Assembly: GCA_049903315.1 (NCBI GenBank)
Contig: JBNGBT010000002.1
Coordinates: 304,479-368,478, forward strand
Origin: Candidatus Cloacimonadota bacterium
GTDB taxonomy: Bacteria; Cloacimonadota; Cloacimonadia; JGIOTU-2
Reading direction: 5' to 3'
Length of the DNA: 64,000 bases
How positions within the stretch are numbered: the first letter of the stretch is position 1; each line of letters opens with the position of its first letter. A model generated the notes under the pieces. The model was not told the origin of the DNA. It made no database searches and saw nothing but the letters and a program-made list of their open reading frames with translations. The position numbers were made by a program, and so were the translations under genes. This document shows positions 19,185-29,321 of the stretch, in pieces.

Positions 19185-20168
19185 ATGAATATACAAGAGA
19201 TCAACCAAAAAGTAATTGAAAAAACTGAGTTTGTTCAGTCCATTTTTACTGAAATAGCAAAGGTCATTGTAGGTCAGGAATATATGATACGACGTTTGCT
19301 GATCGGACTTTTTGCAGATGGACATGTACTGCTCGAAGGTGTTCCGGGACTTGCAAAAACTCTTTCAGTCAGCACTCTCGCTGATGTGATCAGTGTCGCT
19401 TTTAATCGAATTCAATTCACTCCCGATCTTCTTCCCGCAGACCTTATCGGAACGCTTATTTTTAATCAGAAAGAGGGGACTTTTACCCCGAAAAAGGGTC
19501 CTATCTTTTCGAACATTATTCTTGCTGATGAAATTAACCGGGCACCTTCAAAAGTGCAAAGCGCTCTCCTCGAAGCAATGCAGGAACGCCAGGTAACTAT
19601 TGGCGAGAAATCCTACAAGTTGGATGAGCCGTTTCTTGTACTTGCAACACAGAATCCTATCGAACAGGAAGGCACATACCCACTCCCCGAAGCACAGGTC
19701 GACAGGTTTATGCTCAAACTCAAAGTAACGTATCCCAAAAAAGAAGAAGAAAGAGAAATTATCAATAGGATGTCAGATAATAAACCGATCAAAGTAAATA
19801 AGGTCATCAAGCCCAAAGACGTGCTTCATACAAGGGCTTTGGTAAATGAAATTTATGTTGATGAAAAGATCAAGGAGTATGTGCTGAACATTGTCTTCTC
19901 GACCCGAACACCGGAAGAATACGGATTGAAAGATATCAGTGAGTTTATTGAATTCGGTGCTTCACCCCGTGCTTCGATCTATCTTGTACGTGCAGCAAAA
20001 GCAAATGCGCTTCTTGACCAGCGTGGTTACGTGTCACCTGAAGACATTAAGGAGATCGGCAAAGATGTGTTGCGGCATCGTATCATCCTTACCTATGAAG
20101 CTGAAGCGGAAAATATTACTCCGGAAGATATTGTTGATAGAATCTTTGATGAAATTGAAATTCCATAA
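19185..20168 (+). CDS. moxR: MoxR-family AAA+ ATPase
   Basis: EGVPGLAKT, RIQFTPDLLPAD, DEINRA, EGTYPLPEAQVDRF, GASPRA. Confidence 0.96.
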   Translation: MNIQEINQKVIEKTEFVQSIFTEIAKVIVGQEYMIRRLLIGLFADGHVLLEGVPGLAKTLSVSTLADVISVAFNRIQFTPDLLPADLIGTLIFNQKEGTFTPKKGPIFSNIILADEINRAPSKVQSALLEAMQERQVTIGEKSYKLDEPFLVLATQNPIEQEGTYPLPEAQVDRFMLKLKVTYPKKEEEREIINRMSDNKPIKVNKVIKPKDVLHTRALVNEIYVDEKIKEYVLNIVFSTRTPEEYGLKDISEFIEFGASPRASIYLVRAAKANALLDQRGYVSPEDIKEIGKDVLRHRIILTYEAEAENITPEDIVDRIFDEIEIP

Positions 20169-20186
20169 TTAGAATATTCATAAGTT

Positions 20187-21065
20187 ATGATCCCAAAAGA
20201 GATTCTCCAGCAGATCAAACGCATTGAGATATCCACCAGAAGCATAGTCAATGACATGTTTTCCGGCGAGTATCACAGTGTGTTCAAAGGACAGGGACTC
20301 GAATTTTCCGAAGTGCGCGCATACCAGCCCGGAGATAATGTCAAACTCATTGACTGGAATGTGTCTGCTCGTATGGGACATCCGTACATTAAAAAATTCG
20401 AAGAAACCCGTGAACTCACCGTCATGCTCATGATCGACGTGAGCCGATCAGGTTCATTTGGAACATTTCACAAGTTAAAAAGGGAAATCGCTGCAGAAGT
20501 TGGTGCTATTCTCTCGTTCTCTGCAACAAAAAACAACGATAAAGTGGGCTTGCTTCTCTTCTCTGATGAGGTAGAAAAATATATCCCGCCCAAAAAAGGA
20601 AAAAACTCAGTTTTGAGAATTGTTCGTGAAATCCTTTATTACAAGCCGGTTCATCAGAAAACAAGTTTGCAGAATGCTCTCGAATATTATTACAAGATGT
20701 CCAAAAAACGTAGTATTCTTTTCCTCATTTCAGATTTCTTCGATGTTGATTATCAAAAAACACTGCAAATCGTCGCGCAGAAGCATGATGTCGTTGCAAT
20801 CCGCATTCTCGATCCGAAAGAATATACGCTTCCAGAAGTAGGATTTATTACCTTTCAGGATGCAGAAACAGGCAAAGAAGTAATCATAAATGCAAATGAT
20901 AGTGAGCTTCGCAAGAAATACGAGGAATATATTTCAGAAACTGTCCAATCATTTCCTCAGCTTCTGAAAAAGTTGAAGATAGATCTGATCGATATCCGCA
21001 CAGATACAGATTATATTGAAGATATAGTGAAATTTTTCAAGCAGAGAGCAAAAAGGTTTCGATGA
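20187..21065 (+). CDS. DUF58 domain protein
   Basis: GLEFSEVRAYQPGD..IDWNVSAR, DVSRS, LISDF. Confidence 0.93.
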   Translation: MIPKEILQQIKRIEISTRSIVNDMFSGEYHSVFKGQGLEFSEVRAYQPGDNVKLIDWNVSARMGHPYIKKFEETRELTVMLMIDVSRSGSFGTFHKLKREIAAEVGAILSFSATKNNDKVGLLLFSDEVEKYIPPKKGKNSVLRIVREILYYKPVHQKTSLQNALEYYYKMSKKRSILFLISDFFDVDYQKTLQIVAQKHDVVAIRILDPKEYTLPEVGFITFQDAETGKEVIINANDSELRKKYEEYISETVQSFPQLLKKLKIDLIDIRTDTDYIEDIVKFFKQRAKRFR

Positions 21066-21985
21066 AGAAATTAATCATTCTTACAGTTTTCATTTTCATT
21101 ATCCAAAGCTTGGCATTTGGCTATTCTATTGATACAGATATAGATACTACGAAAACCGATCTTGATCACCTTCAGGTCGGGGACAGGATATATTTTGATG
21201 TATCAGTTCTGCATGAAGATGAAGATAATATCCATTACATTCCTCAAGAACCGTCAGAAATATTTCTAATCCTTTCATATTCTACTGAAATTCAGCACCT
21301 AGCTAATGAGATTCAAACCGGCTTTCATTTTACCTCAGCTTTTTTTGATACTGGTTTGCAAACGATTCCACCACAGGAATTCATTCTCACTTCATCGGAA
21401 GATTCAGTAAAAATATATTCCGACTCTTTGGAAGTTTTAGTACATTCTATTCTCCCTGCAGACAGTGTTGCTCTCAAAGACATTAAACCACCCGTTTCAT
21501 TACACCTTGGATTCTGGGATATTGCGATACCTATATTAATGATAGCAATCATAATATTTGTCATAATAATCATTACACGAAGTAGAAAAGGATTGGCTCT
21601 CATTCCCGAAAAGAAAAAGAAAATCTTGCCTGCGCATGTGATCGCTTTGAAGAAAATCGAGCAACTAAAATTGCAGGATTATATTGCGAAAGGTGATATA
21701 AAACGCTATTATGTAGAAGTTTCCTGGATTAGCAGAGAATATCTGGAGAATCGCTATCATAAACCATTTCTTGAAATGACCGGCTTCGAGATTCGTCAAT
21801 CCCTGAAAGACCTGAATGTTGAAAAGAGAATAGAAACTAATACTATCCTTCAGGAGTGTGATCGTGTGAAATTCGCAAAATATATACCTCCGATTCAGGA
21901 TGCTGAAAAAATATTGAATGAGCTCATTGATGTAATTCACGAAACCAAAGAGCAAGAAATAGCAGAGGAAAAAGATGAGAATTGA
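21062..21985 (+). CDS. Bat-operon membrane-anchored hypothetical protein
   Basis: Signal peptide, one TM, DIKPP, D.VKFAK; lies between DUF58 and batA. Confidence 0.8.
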   Translation: MKKLIILTVFIFIIQSLAFGYSIDTDIDTTKTDLDHLQVGDRIYFDVSVLHEDEDNIHYIPQEPSEIFLILSYSTEIQHLANEIQTGFHFTSAFFDTGLQTIPPQEFILTSSEDSVKIYSDSLEVLVHSILPADSVALKDIKPPVSLHLGFWDIAIPILMIAIIIFVIIIITRSRKGLALIPEKKKKILPAHVIALKKIEQLKLQDYIAKGDIKRYYVEVSWISREYLENRYHKPFLEMTGFEIRQSLKDLNVEKRIETNTILQECDRVKFAKYIPPIQDAEKILNELIDVIHETKEQEIAEEKDEN

Positions 21986-22973
21986 ATTTCTTAAACCTGC
22001 CTTTTTTTGGTTGCTGGTTCTGATACCATTACTTGTCGTGTATGAAATTTTTGTGAAAAGCAGAAAGAAGCCGACAGTTCTTTACTCCAATATACAGCTT
22101 TTAAAACCGTTTATTTCAAGCAAATCTCAAATACTATATTATTTACGATATATATTTCATCTTATCATATTTATTGCTTGTGTGATAGCACTTGCCCGAC
22201 CGGTTCTTCCCGAACGATTTACCAGAGTGAAGGGCAAAGGTGTGGACATCATACTTGCCATGGATGTTTCGACAAGTATGCGTGCGATAGATTTTCAGCC
22301 AAATAATCGGCTTTATGTCGCTAAGGAAGAAGCAAAGAAATTCATAGAGTCGCGTCCCACAGATAGGATTGGACTCGTCATTTTTGGTGGAGAAAGCTAC
22401 ACGCAGTGCCCTCTGACGATCGACCATAAGATTTTAATAGAATTACTTGAACAGATCAAAACCGGTATGGTGGAGGATGGAACTGCAATTGGCATGGGAA
22501 TAGCAACATCAATAAATCGCTTGCGCGATTCTACAGCAAAAAGCAAGGTCATAATCCTGCTCACTGACGGTAGAAATAATTCCGGAGAAATCGATCCAAT
22601 TACTGCTGCAACTCTTGCAAATGACTTAGGCATAAAGATATATCCAATCGGCGTAGGTAAAGAAGGTGTTTCACAAATTCCTGTTGATCATCCTGTATAT
22701 GGAAGGCAGTATGTTTCCCAACAGCTGGATATAGACATGAACACTTTGAATAAAATCGCCGAAATTTGCGGTACGGAAAAGGCGTCTCGTGCACAGAATC
22801 CCGAGCAGTTGAAAGAAATTATGCAGCACATCGATAAAATGGAAAAAACAGAGATCACAGAAAAAGTGCATTACAGATATTATGATCTTTTCTTTTATTT
22901 TATATATGCAGCTTTGCTTTTGATCGTGCTTGAAATTCTGTATTCAAGATTTATATTAAAGAGGATACCATAA
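21975..22973 (+). CDS. batA: VWA-domain protein BatA
   Basis: ALARP, MIDAS DVSTSM, DGTAIG, LLTDG.NNSGEIDP. Confidence 0.9.
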   Translation: MRIEFLKPAFFWLLVLIPLLVVYEIFVKSRKKPTVLYSNIQLLKPFISSKSQILYYLRYIFHLIIFIACVIALARPVLPERFTRVKGKGVDIILAMDVSTSMRAIDFQPNNRLYVAKEEAKKFIESRPTDRIGLVIFGGESYTQCPLTIDHKILIELLEQIKTGMVEDGTAIGMGIATSINRLRDSTAKSKVIILLTDGRNNSGEIDPITAATLANDLGIKIYPIGVGKEGVSQIPVDHPVYGRQYVSQQLDIDMNTLNKIAEICGTEKASRAQNPEQLKEIMQHIDKMEKTEITEKVHYRYYDLFFYFIYAALLLIVLEILYSRFILKRIP

Positions 22974-23975
22974 ATGAGATTCGGAAATCCTGAATTCTTT
23001 TTGTTTTTATTTGTCGTACCGATAATAGTATTGCTCTTCTATCTTTCTGCACAAAGAAGGAAAAAGGTTTTTTCAGAGTTCAGCAGTCCGGAACTTCAAA
23101 AGAAACTCATCACAAATCTTTCCCTGGTTTTGCGAACTCTGAAGAATATCCTCATGGTTGCGATCGTTATTTTGCTAATCATTGCAGCAGCACGCCCACA
23201 GTGGGGGAAAAAACTGCAGATCCTCGAAGAAAAAGGACTTGATATCGTTGTTGCAATTGATGTCTCTACAAGTATGCTTGCGGAAGATTTAGCTCCAAAC
23301 CGTATTCAGAGAGCAAAGAATTCTTTCATGACTTTTCTCGAGATGCTGACAGGTGATAGGGTAGGACTTATCATTTTTGCCGGCGATGCATTTGTGCAGT
23401 GTCCGATCACTTCAGATTATTCTGCCTTGAAGATGTTTGCTTCTATTGTGGATGTGGGTCTTGTCCCGGAAGATGGAACGGATATTGCTAATGCTATAGC
23501 AAAGGCAAATACTCTTTTTACTGAGGACACTCAAAACAGGGTTATGGTATTGATAACTGATGGAGAAAATCTACAAGGTGATTTCAAAGAAGCAGTGAAA
23601 GAGGCAAAAGAAGATAACATCATTATTTATACTTTGGGCATCGGAACGCAAAAGGGATCTCCCATTCCTCTGGTTAATCCGCAAACCGGCGAAAAAGAGT
23701 ATCTTAAAGATAAAGAAGGAAACATCGTACTTTCAAAACTGGATTTCTCAAATTTAAGCTGGATCGCAAAAGAAACGAACGGGCTTTTTTTTCAGATTTC
23801 TACAGGTCAACAGGAGATTCGGGACATTCTTAATGATATAAGCTTACTGGAAAAAGAAAAGATCGCAGAAAGACGCTACTCGGAATATAAAGAACAATAT
23901 CAATTTTTTGTCTTATTTGCCTTGTTATTATTACTAATCGAGTTTATATTATGGGAAAGGAAAATAAGATCATGA
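22974..23975 (+). CDS. batB: VWA-domain protein BatB
   Basis: AAARPQWG, DVSTSMLAED..PNR, PITSDY, ITDGE. Confidence 0.9.
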   Translation: MRFGNPEFFLFLFVVPIIVLLFYLSAQRRKKVFSEFSSPELQKKLITNLSLVLRTLKNILMVAIVILLIIAAARPQWGKKLQILEEKGLDIVVAIDVSTSMLAEDLAPNRIQRAKNSFMTFLEMLTGDRVGLIIFAGDAFVQCPITSDYSALKMFASIVDVGLVPEDGTDIANAIAKANTLFTEDTQNRVMVLITDGENLQGDFKEAVKEAKEDNIIIYTLGIGTQKGSPIPLVNPQTGEKEYLKDKEGNIVLSKLDFSNLSWIAKETNGLFFQISTGQQEIRDILNDISLLEKEKIAERRYSEYKEQYQFFVLFALLLLLIEFILWERKIRS

Positions 23976-24736
23976 AAAATTCTTTGCTTATTATTGGATT
24001 CCTCATGTTTTTAATGGTGCAGAATTGCTTTGCATTGAGCTATGAAAAAGTGCTGAAGAACAGCAATGCGAAGAAAGCGTATCAAAAAGAGGATTTTGCA
24101 AAAGCTGAAGAGCTTTTCAAGCAGAGCAGTATTGAATACCCGGACGAAGGGAAAATTCATTATAATCTTGCAAATGCGCATTATAAGAATGAAAAATACG
24201 ATGACGCTATTGCTGAATATGAAGCTAGTTTGAAGAATGAGGATGTAAACAAAGCGCAAGTGCTGTATAATATTGGGGATTCTTATTTTCAAAAGCAGGA
24301 TTATCAGAAAGCGATAGAGTATTACCGTGATTCACTTATCGAGAATCCGAAAGATGCTGATACGAAATATAATTATGAGCTGACGCGGCAGTATCTCCAG
24401 CAGCAGCAAGAACAACAGCAGCAACAGCAGCAAGACCAGGACCAGGATCAAAAAGATCAGGAACAAGAACAACAGGATAAACAACAGCAAAATCAAGATC
24501 AACAAGAAAAGGATCAGGAAGAACAACAACAGGAACAGCAGCAACAGCAAGAAAATCAAGAACAACAGCAGAATGAGCAGGATCAGCAAAATCAACCTCA
24601 ACCTACCGAAGAAGAGAAGAAACAGGCAGAGAGAATTCTTGACGCAATGCAGCGAGCCGAAGACGATAATCAAAAAGAAAGAATGAAGAAATTATTACAG
24701 CAGGATCAGGTAAAAAAAGTAGATAAAAATTGGTAA
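23972..24736 (+). CDS. batC: TPR protein BatC with Q/E/D-rich linker
   Basis: TPRs (YNLANAHY, YNIGDSY), Gln-rich tract, AERILDA..KNW end; ATG 23972 overlaps batB stop. Confidence 0.88.
   Translation: MKNSLLIIGFLMFLMVQNCFALSYEKVLKNSNAKKAYQKEDFAKAEELFKQSSIEYPDEGKIHYNLANAHYKNEKYDDAIAEYEASLKNEDVNKAQVLYNIGDSYFQKQDYQKAIEYYRDSLIENPKDADTKYNYELTRQYLQQQQEQQQQQQQDQDQDQKDQEQEQQDKQQQNQDQQEKDQEEQQQEQQQQQENQEQQQNEQDQQNQPQPTEEEKKQAERILDAMQRAEDDNQKERMKKLLQQDQVKKVDKNW
24398..24602 (+). repeat. Low-complexity CAG/CAA/GAA coding repeat (poly-Q/E linker)
   Basis: Runs such as cagcagcagcaagaacaacagcag. Confidence 0.85.
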
Positions 24737-24737
24737 T

Positions 24738-26534
24738 ATGGTAAAAAAAATATTCCTCGTTACTCTTCTTATATTAATGATCAACGTAGTATATTTTGCG
24801 GACAATATTACCGTCACATCATATGTTGATAAAAGTACAGTTTCCTTAAATGAACTTCTCAATCTCACGGTTGAGATCAAGTCCGACGAGCAGATCAGCG
24901 CCGAACCGGAGATTCCACAACTTACAGGATTTCAGATAGTTGGACAATCTTCTTCAAGTTCAACTTCAATTGAAATCATCAATAATGAGATGTCCAGATC
25001 CGTCACACAGAGCTTTACGTATTCCCTTCGTCCGTTGAAAACAGGCAACTTTACAATCCCTCCAATCTATACGAAATATAAGAATAGCACTTATAGGTCG
25101 AAGACTATAAATGTAACCGTTGTTGAAGAAAACAGCAACATAACCCAACCAAGACAGAATCCCCAAAAGGGAAACGATAATTCCGCTAATAATGTGCAAA
25201 TTTTCCTTCAGGCAACCCCAAATAAATCTGAGGTTTTTGTCGGAGAACCTTTCACGATAAAATATGTGCTGTACAGCAACAAGGGACTGGTCGGACTTAA
25301 TGCGGAGAAAATGCCGGAATTTGCTGGATTTGTAAAAGAAGAAACCTTTCAGACAAAAAATATTACACATACTCTTGAAGTAATAAACGGCATACGCTAT
25401 TATGCCTATCGTATCAGCAATTATACGCTTTTTCCGACAAATGCAAATACTTTTACTCTTGATAAAATGGAGTTGCTGTGTGCCTATGAAGTTCCCGCAA
25501 AGAGTTTCTTTGATTTCGGTACGACAAAGAGGGTGTATATCCAATCAAATACAACGTCCATAAAGGTCAAACCACTTCCTCTCACTGGGCAACCGAATAA
25601 TTTTTCTGGGGCAGTAGGGCAGTTCGATATTAAATCCGAACTTAGTTCATCACAGGTAAAAACCGGTGAATCTGTCACTCTGACACTTACTATTAGCGGT
25701 GCCGGCAATATACGTATGTTTGATGCTCCCACATTGCCTGTTATTCCAAATATCGATACTTTTCCCCCTGAAGAAAGTGAAGAATTGTATCAGCCGGATA
25801 ATATTTCCGGAAAAAAAGTAATAAAATATATTCTTATACCAGAAGAACCCGGCACATATAAATTACCTGCCATATCGTTCACTTATTTTGAACCAGGTTC
25901 TCAAGCATATAAAACCATTACCACAAGATCACTCAGTCTCATTGTTGAAAAAGGAAAAATCACACCCGGTTCGCTTTCATATATACGTCCTCAAGATATT
26001 GATATTCAGGGATTGGATATTAATTTCATTAATACAACAAATTCCATAACTGACTATACACTTTTAGTTTCACAGGCGTGGTTTTGGATATTGATCTTAC
26101 TTTCATTATTGAGTATTGTCGCAGCATTGATCATAAAAAAGGAACGTGAGAAATTATTGAAGGATAGGGCTTATTACAGAACCCGAATTTCCAATAAACA
26201 GCTTCTGAAAGATCTCAGCAAGGTGCAGATTGCATTAAAGGGAGATGATATTTCAGGATTCTTCGTTGCAACAGAAAATGCTTTGAAGAACTTCATTGCA
26301 AATAAATGTAATATTTCAGCAGGAGCTTCGACTATTCAGGATATTACTTCCGAATTGCAAAAAAATGAGCTCCCTGCACAAGAGATCGCTGATATAATCG
26401 AGTTCCTGAAAATTACAGATAGCGCTCGTTTTGGAGGAATACAATTTTCCCATGAAGAGCTTGAAGAAAAAAATAATGAATTGAACACTATCCTGCAAAA
26501 TCTTTCAAAAACAAAATTCAGGAAGAAAAGATGA
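24738..26534 (+). CDS. batD: BatD family protein
   Basis: SSSSTSIEIINN, VKPLP..P..FSGAVGQF, C-terminal TM. Confidence 0.9.
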   Translation: MVKKIFLVTLLILMINVVYFADNITVTSYVDKSTVSLNELLNLTVEIKSDEQISAEPEIPQLTGFQIVGQSSSSSTSIEIINNEMSRSVTQSFTYSLRPLKTGNFTIPPIYTKYKNSTYRSKTINVTVVEENSNITQPRQNPQKGNDNSANNVQIFLQATPNKSEVFVGEPFTIKYVLYSNKGLVGLNAEKMPEFAGFVKEETFQTKNITHTLEVINGIRYYAYRISNYTLFPTNANTFTLDKMELLCAYEVPAKSFFDFGTTKRVYIQSNTTSIKVKPLPLTGQPNNFSGAVGQFDIKSELSSSQVKTGESVTLTLTISGAGNIRMFDAPTLPVIPNIDTFPPEESEELYQPDNISGKKVIKYILIPEEPGTYKLPAISFTYFEPGSQAYKTITTRSLSLIVEKGKITPGSLSYIRPQDIDIQGLDINFINTTNSITDYTLLVSQAWFWILILLSLLSIVAALIIKKEREKLLKDRAYYRTRISNKQLLKDLSKVQIALKGDDISGFFVATENALKNFIANKCNISAGASTIQDITSELQKNELPAQEIADIIEFLKITDSARFGGIQFSHEELEEKNNELNTILQNLSKTKFRKKR

Positions 26535-27280
26535 AAAAATATATATTTATTTTGAGCATATTACTTCTCATTCCTTTATTGCTTTGTGCAAAGAAGTACG
26601 ATCTGAGTGCTGCTAATACTGCTTACCAGGAACAGAATTATCAAAAAGCTGAAGAAGAATACATGAAACTTGTCACCGAAGGAGTGAAAAATTTCGAGCT
26701 TTTTTATAATCTTGGAAATACGTATTTCAAACTGAATGATCTTGGCAGTGCACGACTCTATTACGAAAAAGCTGCAAAATTTGAGCCGCTCAACACTGAA
26801 TTAAATGAGAATATTGCAATGCTGTTGGCAAGCATTAAAGACAAAGAGGAAGTCAACAGGTCATTTATCGAAACTCTACTACGAAAAATATATTTTGCAT
26901 TTTCAATCAACCTCTTGGGAATATTTGTACTTGTAATTTTCATTATTATGATGATTTTCATCATTATTCTCATCATGAGTAAAAGTATAATGCTTAAGCG
27001 AGTTGTGAAAATTCTTCTCGTGGTTTTCGCAGTGATCTTCTTTCTGGTGACTGTAACTGAAGTAGTGAGGATTCGGGATTTCTATACTGATGATTCTGCA
27101 GTAATACTTCAAGAAACAGTTATTGCGTATAGTGGTCCGAGTGAGGATTTTTCACAGGTATTCACTATTCATGAAGGATTGAAAGTATCAATCGAAAGGT
27201 TTGATAATGACTGGGTCCTGATAAAACTTCCATCCGGAAATGGGGGATGGGTACTTTCCACATCATTAGGAATTATTTGA
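26531..27280 (+). CDS. batE: BatE (TPR, TMs, SH3-like)
   Basis: YNLGNTYFK, SGP...FTIHEG.KV..W..I....GWV. Confidence 0.88.
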   Translation: MKKYIFILSILLLIPLLLCAKKYDLSAANTAYQEQNYQKAEEEYMKLVTEGVKNFELFYNLGNTYFKLNDLGSARLYYEKAAKFEPLNTELNENIAMLLASIKDKEEVNRSFIETLLRKIYFAFSINLLGIFVLVIFIIMMIFIIILIMSKSIMLKRVVKILLVVFAVIFFLVTVTEVVRIRDFYTDDSAVILQETVIAYSGPSEDFSQVFTIHEGLKVSIERFDNDWVLIKLPSGNGGWVLSTSLGII

Positions 27281-27281
27281 T

Positions 27282-27590
27282 ATGAAGGTGAAGCACACTT
27301 CACAAAATGCTCAAACTCTGGGGATTATTGGATTTATACTTCTCATTCCTGCTGTCCTTTCCTGGATTCTATTCGTTCTCTATCTTTCTCATATTACAAG
27401 TTTATTTAATATAATTTTTAAAGCAACTCCAACTTTGATGGTTATTATTTTTACACTAAATCCACTTGGAGCTTTTGCCCTTGGTGTTTTTTCCACTTCG
27501 TATGAAAGCAGAAATGTGTACGCACGAATTGCCTCGATAGGTGGAGTTATCCTAATCGGATTTCTTCTGATTGCAATAATAGTACGTTAA
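27282..27590 (+). CDS. Small membrane protein (3 TM)
   Basis: Hydrophobic 102-aa ORF immediately after batE. Confidence 0.7.
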   Translation: MKVKHTSQNAQTLGIIGFILLIPAVLSWILFVLYLSHITSLFNIIFKATPTLMVIIFTLNPLGAFALGVFSTSYESRNVYARIASIGGVILIGFLLIAIIVR

Positions 27591-27693
27591 TCAACATAAA
27601 ATCTGATAAATTGCTCTTTATTTATAAATATTTTGACAAGCTTTAGCTCTATGTACTTTTTTATTCAAAAAAATTTGAACATAATCAAAATCT

Positions 27694-28866
27694 ATGTACA
27701 TATTAATTATCGGTTTACTTGTAATAATACTTTTTTCAGCGTATGAATACTATTCCCACTATGCATATAGAAAGAAGATACCTCTTGTTATTCATATTAA
27801 CGGAACCCGCGGGAAGTCCAGTGTTACACGTCTTATTGCTGCCGGTCTGCGTGAGGGTGGAAAAAGAACTATTGCAAAAACAACCGGTTCTGCCCCAAGG
27901 ATAATTCTTGAAAATGGCAGTGAGATTCCCATTCAGCGTCCTCGTGGACCGAATATCAGAGAACAGGTCAAGATATGTAAATTCGCAGCAAAACGCTCTG
28001 CAGATGCTCTTGTGCTCGAATGTATGGCTGTCATGCCGGAATATCAGTGGATATCAGAGCATAAGATCGTGCGATCTGATATTGGAGTGATAACCAATAT
28101 TCGTCTCGATCATCTCGATGTGATGGGTCCGGGAATCAAAAACGTGACCTATTCTATTTGCAACACAGTACCTAAAAAATCAATCTCTTACACAAGCGAG
28201 AGGAAATTGTTTCCCTATATGAAAGAAATCGCAGATAGAAAAAAAACGAAAATCTATCTCAGCGATCCGGAAGACGTAGAAGATGAAGTACTTGATGAAT
28301 TTTCACATATCGAACATAAAGATAATATTTCCCTTGCATTAGATGTATGCAAAGCATGCGGAGTCGAGCGGAATATCGCACTCGAAGGGATGAAAAAAGC
28401 AAAACCCGATATAGGAGCAACAACTTTTTATCATGTACATGATGAGGAAAGAGATGTATATTTTGCTCATTCCTTTGCTGCGAATGATCCTGAATCTACA
28501 GAGTATGTAATCAAATCAGTAAAAAACCTTCATCCTGATATCGAATTTTGCGGATTCATTCTCAATACGCGTGCAGATAGGATGTTCCGCTCAAAGCAGT
28601 TAGTGAAAATGTTCCGGGAAATGGATTTTGACGGTCTATATCTGATAGGACAGGAAACCGCAACAGTGTATGCCTATGCACAAAGCAATAAACTTCCAAT
28701 GGCAAAAGTGCATAATTTCGGATGGGTGACTGGTGAACAATTCATGAAAAAGTTAGGTAAGATCGGAACACAAAATATTTTATTGATAGGCATTGGAAAT
28801 ATTGGTGGAAATGGGGGAATAATTGTGAATTATTTTCAAGAAAAATCGAAAATCGGAGAAGCATAA
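27694..28866 (+). CDS. pgsB: Poly-gamma-glutamate synthase PgsB/CapB
   Basis: HINGTRGKSSVTRLIAAGL, KTTG, LECMAV.PEYQ, DHLDVMG, FAANDPEST. Confidence 0.95.
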   Translation: MYILIIGLLVIILFSAYEYYSHYAYRKKIPLVIHINGTRGKSSVTRLIAAGLREGGKRTIAKTTGSAPRIILENGSEIPIQRPRGPNIREQVKICKFAAKRSADALVLECMAVMPEYQWISEHKIVRSDIGVITNIRLDHLDVMGPGIKNVTYSICNTVPKKSISYTSERKLFPYMKEIADRKKTKIYLSDPEDVEDEVLDEFSHIEHKDNISLALDVCKACGVERNIALEGMKKAKPDIGATTFYHVHDEERDVYFAHSFAANDPESTEYVIKSVKNLHPDIEFCGFILNTRADRMFRSKQLVKMFREMDFDGLYLIGQETATVYAYAQSNKLPMAKVHNFGWVTGEQFMKKLGKIGTQNILLIGIGNIGGNGGIIVNYFQEKSKIGEA

Positions 28867-29316
28867 ATGTTTGAAGTCGCAATAGGTTTAGGTGTTTTAA
28901 CAAGTCTTTTCTTTTTGGAAACCTTTGGCGTTGCTGCTGGCGGTATTGTTGTGTGCGGTTATATTGCTCTCTATCTTCATGAACCTCTTACTATATTAGT
29001 GACACTTGCGATAAGCTTTGCTGTGTATGGAATCGTGAAATTTCTTGGTATCTTCATGTTCATGTATGGACGCCGCAGAATGGTCATATCAGTTTTGCTG
29101 GGATTCATAATCGGATGGCTGGTACGGTCTTTTGGTTTATTTTCTTACATTCCAGGTGACCAGGCAGTTCGTGTGATCGGGTACATTATTCCCGGCTTGA
29201 TCGCAAATTCAATGGAGCGTCAGGGAATCATTCAGACAATATCGATAATGGGTGTTGCAGCAGTTATTGTGAGGATGATTCTCATTCTCGTTTTCGGGGG
29301 ACAACTAATAGGATGA
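28867..29316 (+). CDS. pgsC: Poly-gamma-glutamate biosynthesis protein PgsC/CapC
   Basis: E..G..AGGIVV.GYIAL, YGRRR, IGYIIPGLIAN..RQG. Confidence 0.95.
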   Translation: MFEVAIGLGVLTSLFFLETFGVAAGGIVVCGYIALYLHEPLTILVTLAISFAVYGIVKFLGIFMFMYGRRRMVISVLLGFIIGWLVRSFGLFSYIPGDQAVRVIGYIIPGLIANSMERQGIIQTISIMGVAAVIVRMILILVFGGQLIG

Positions 29317-29321
29317 AAATG

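Noticed and set aside
24332..24673. Leu-rich membrane-like ORF on the minus strand
   Set aside because: Antisense shadow of the BatC poly-Q/E tract.
24966..25544. 192-aa antisense ORF and other short ORFs overlapping long genes
   Set aside because: Fully antisense or out of frame within well-supported CDSs, with no motifs.
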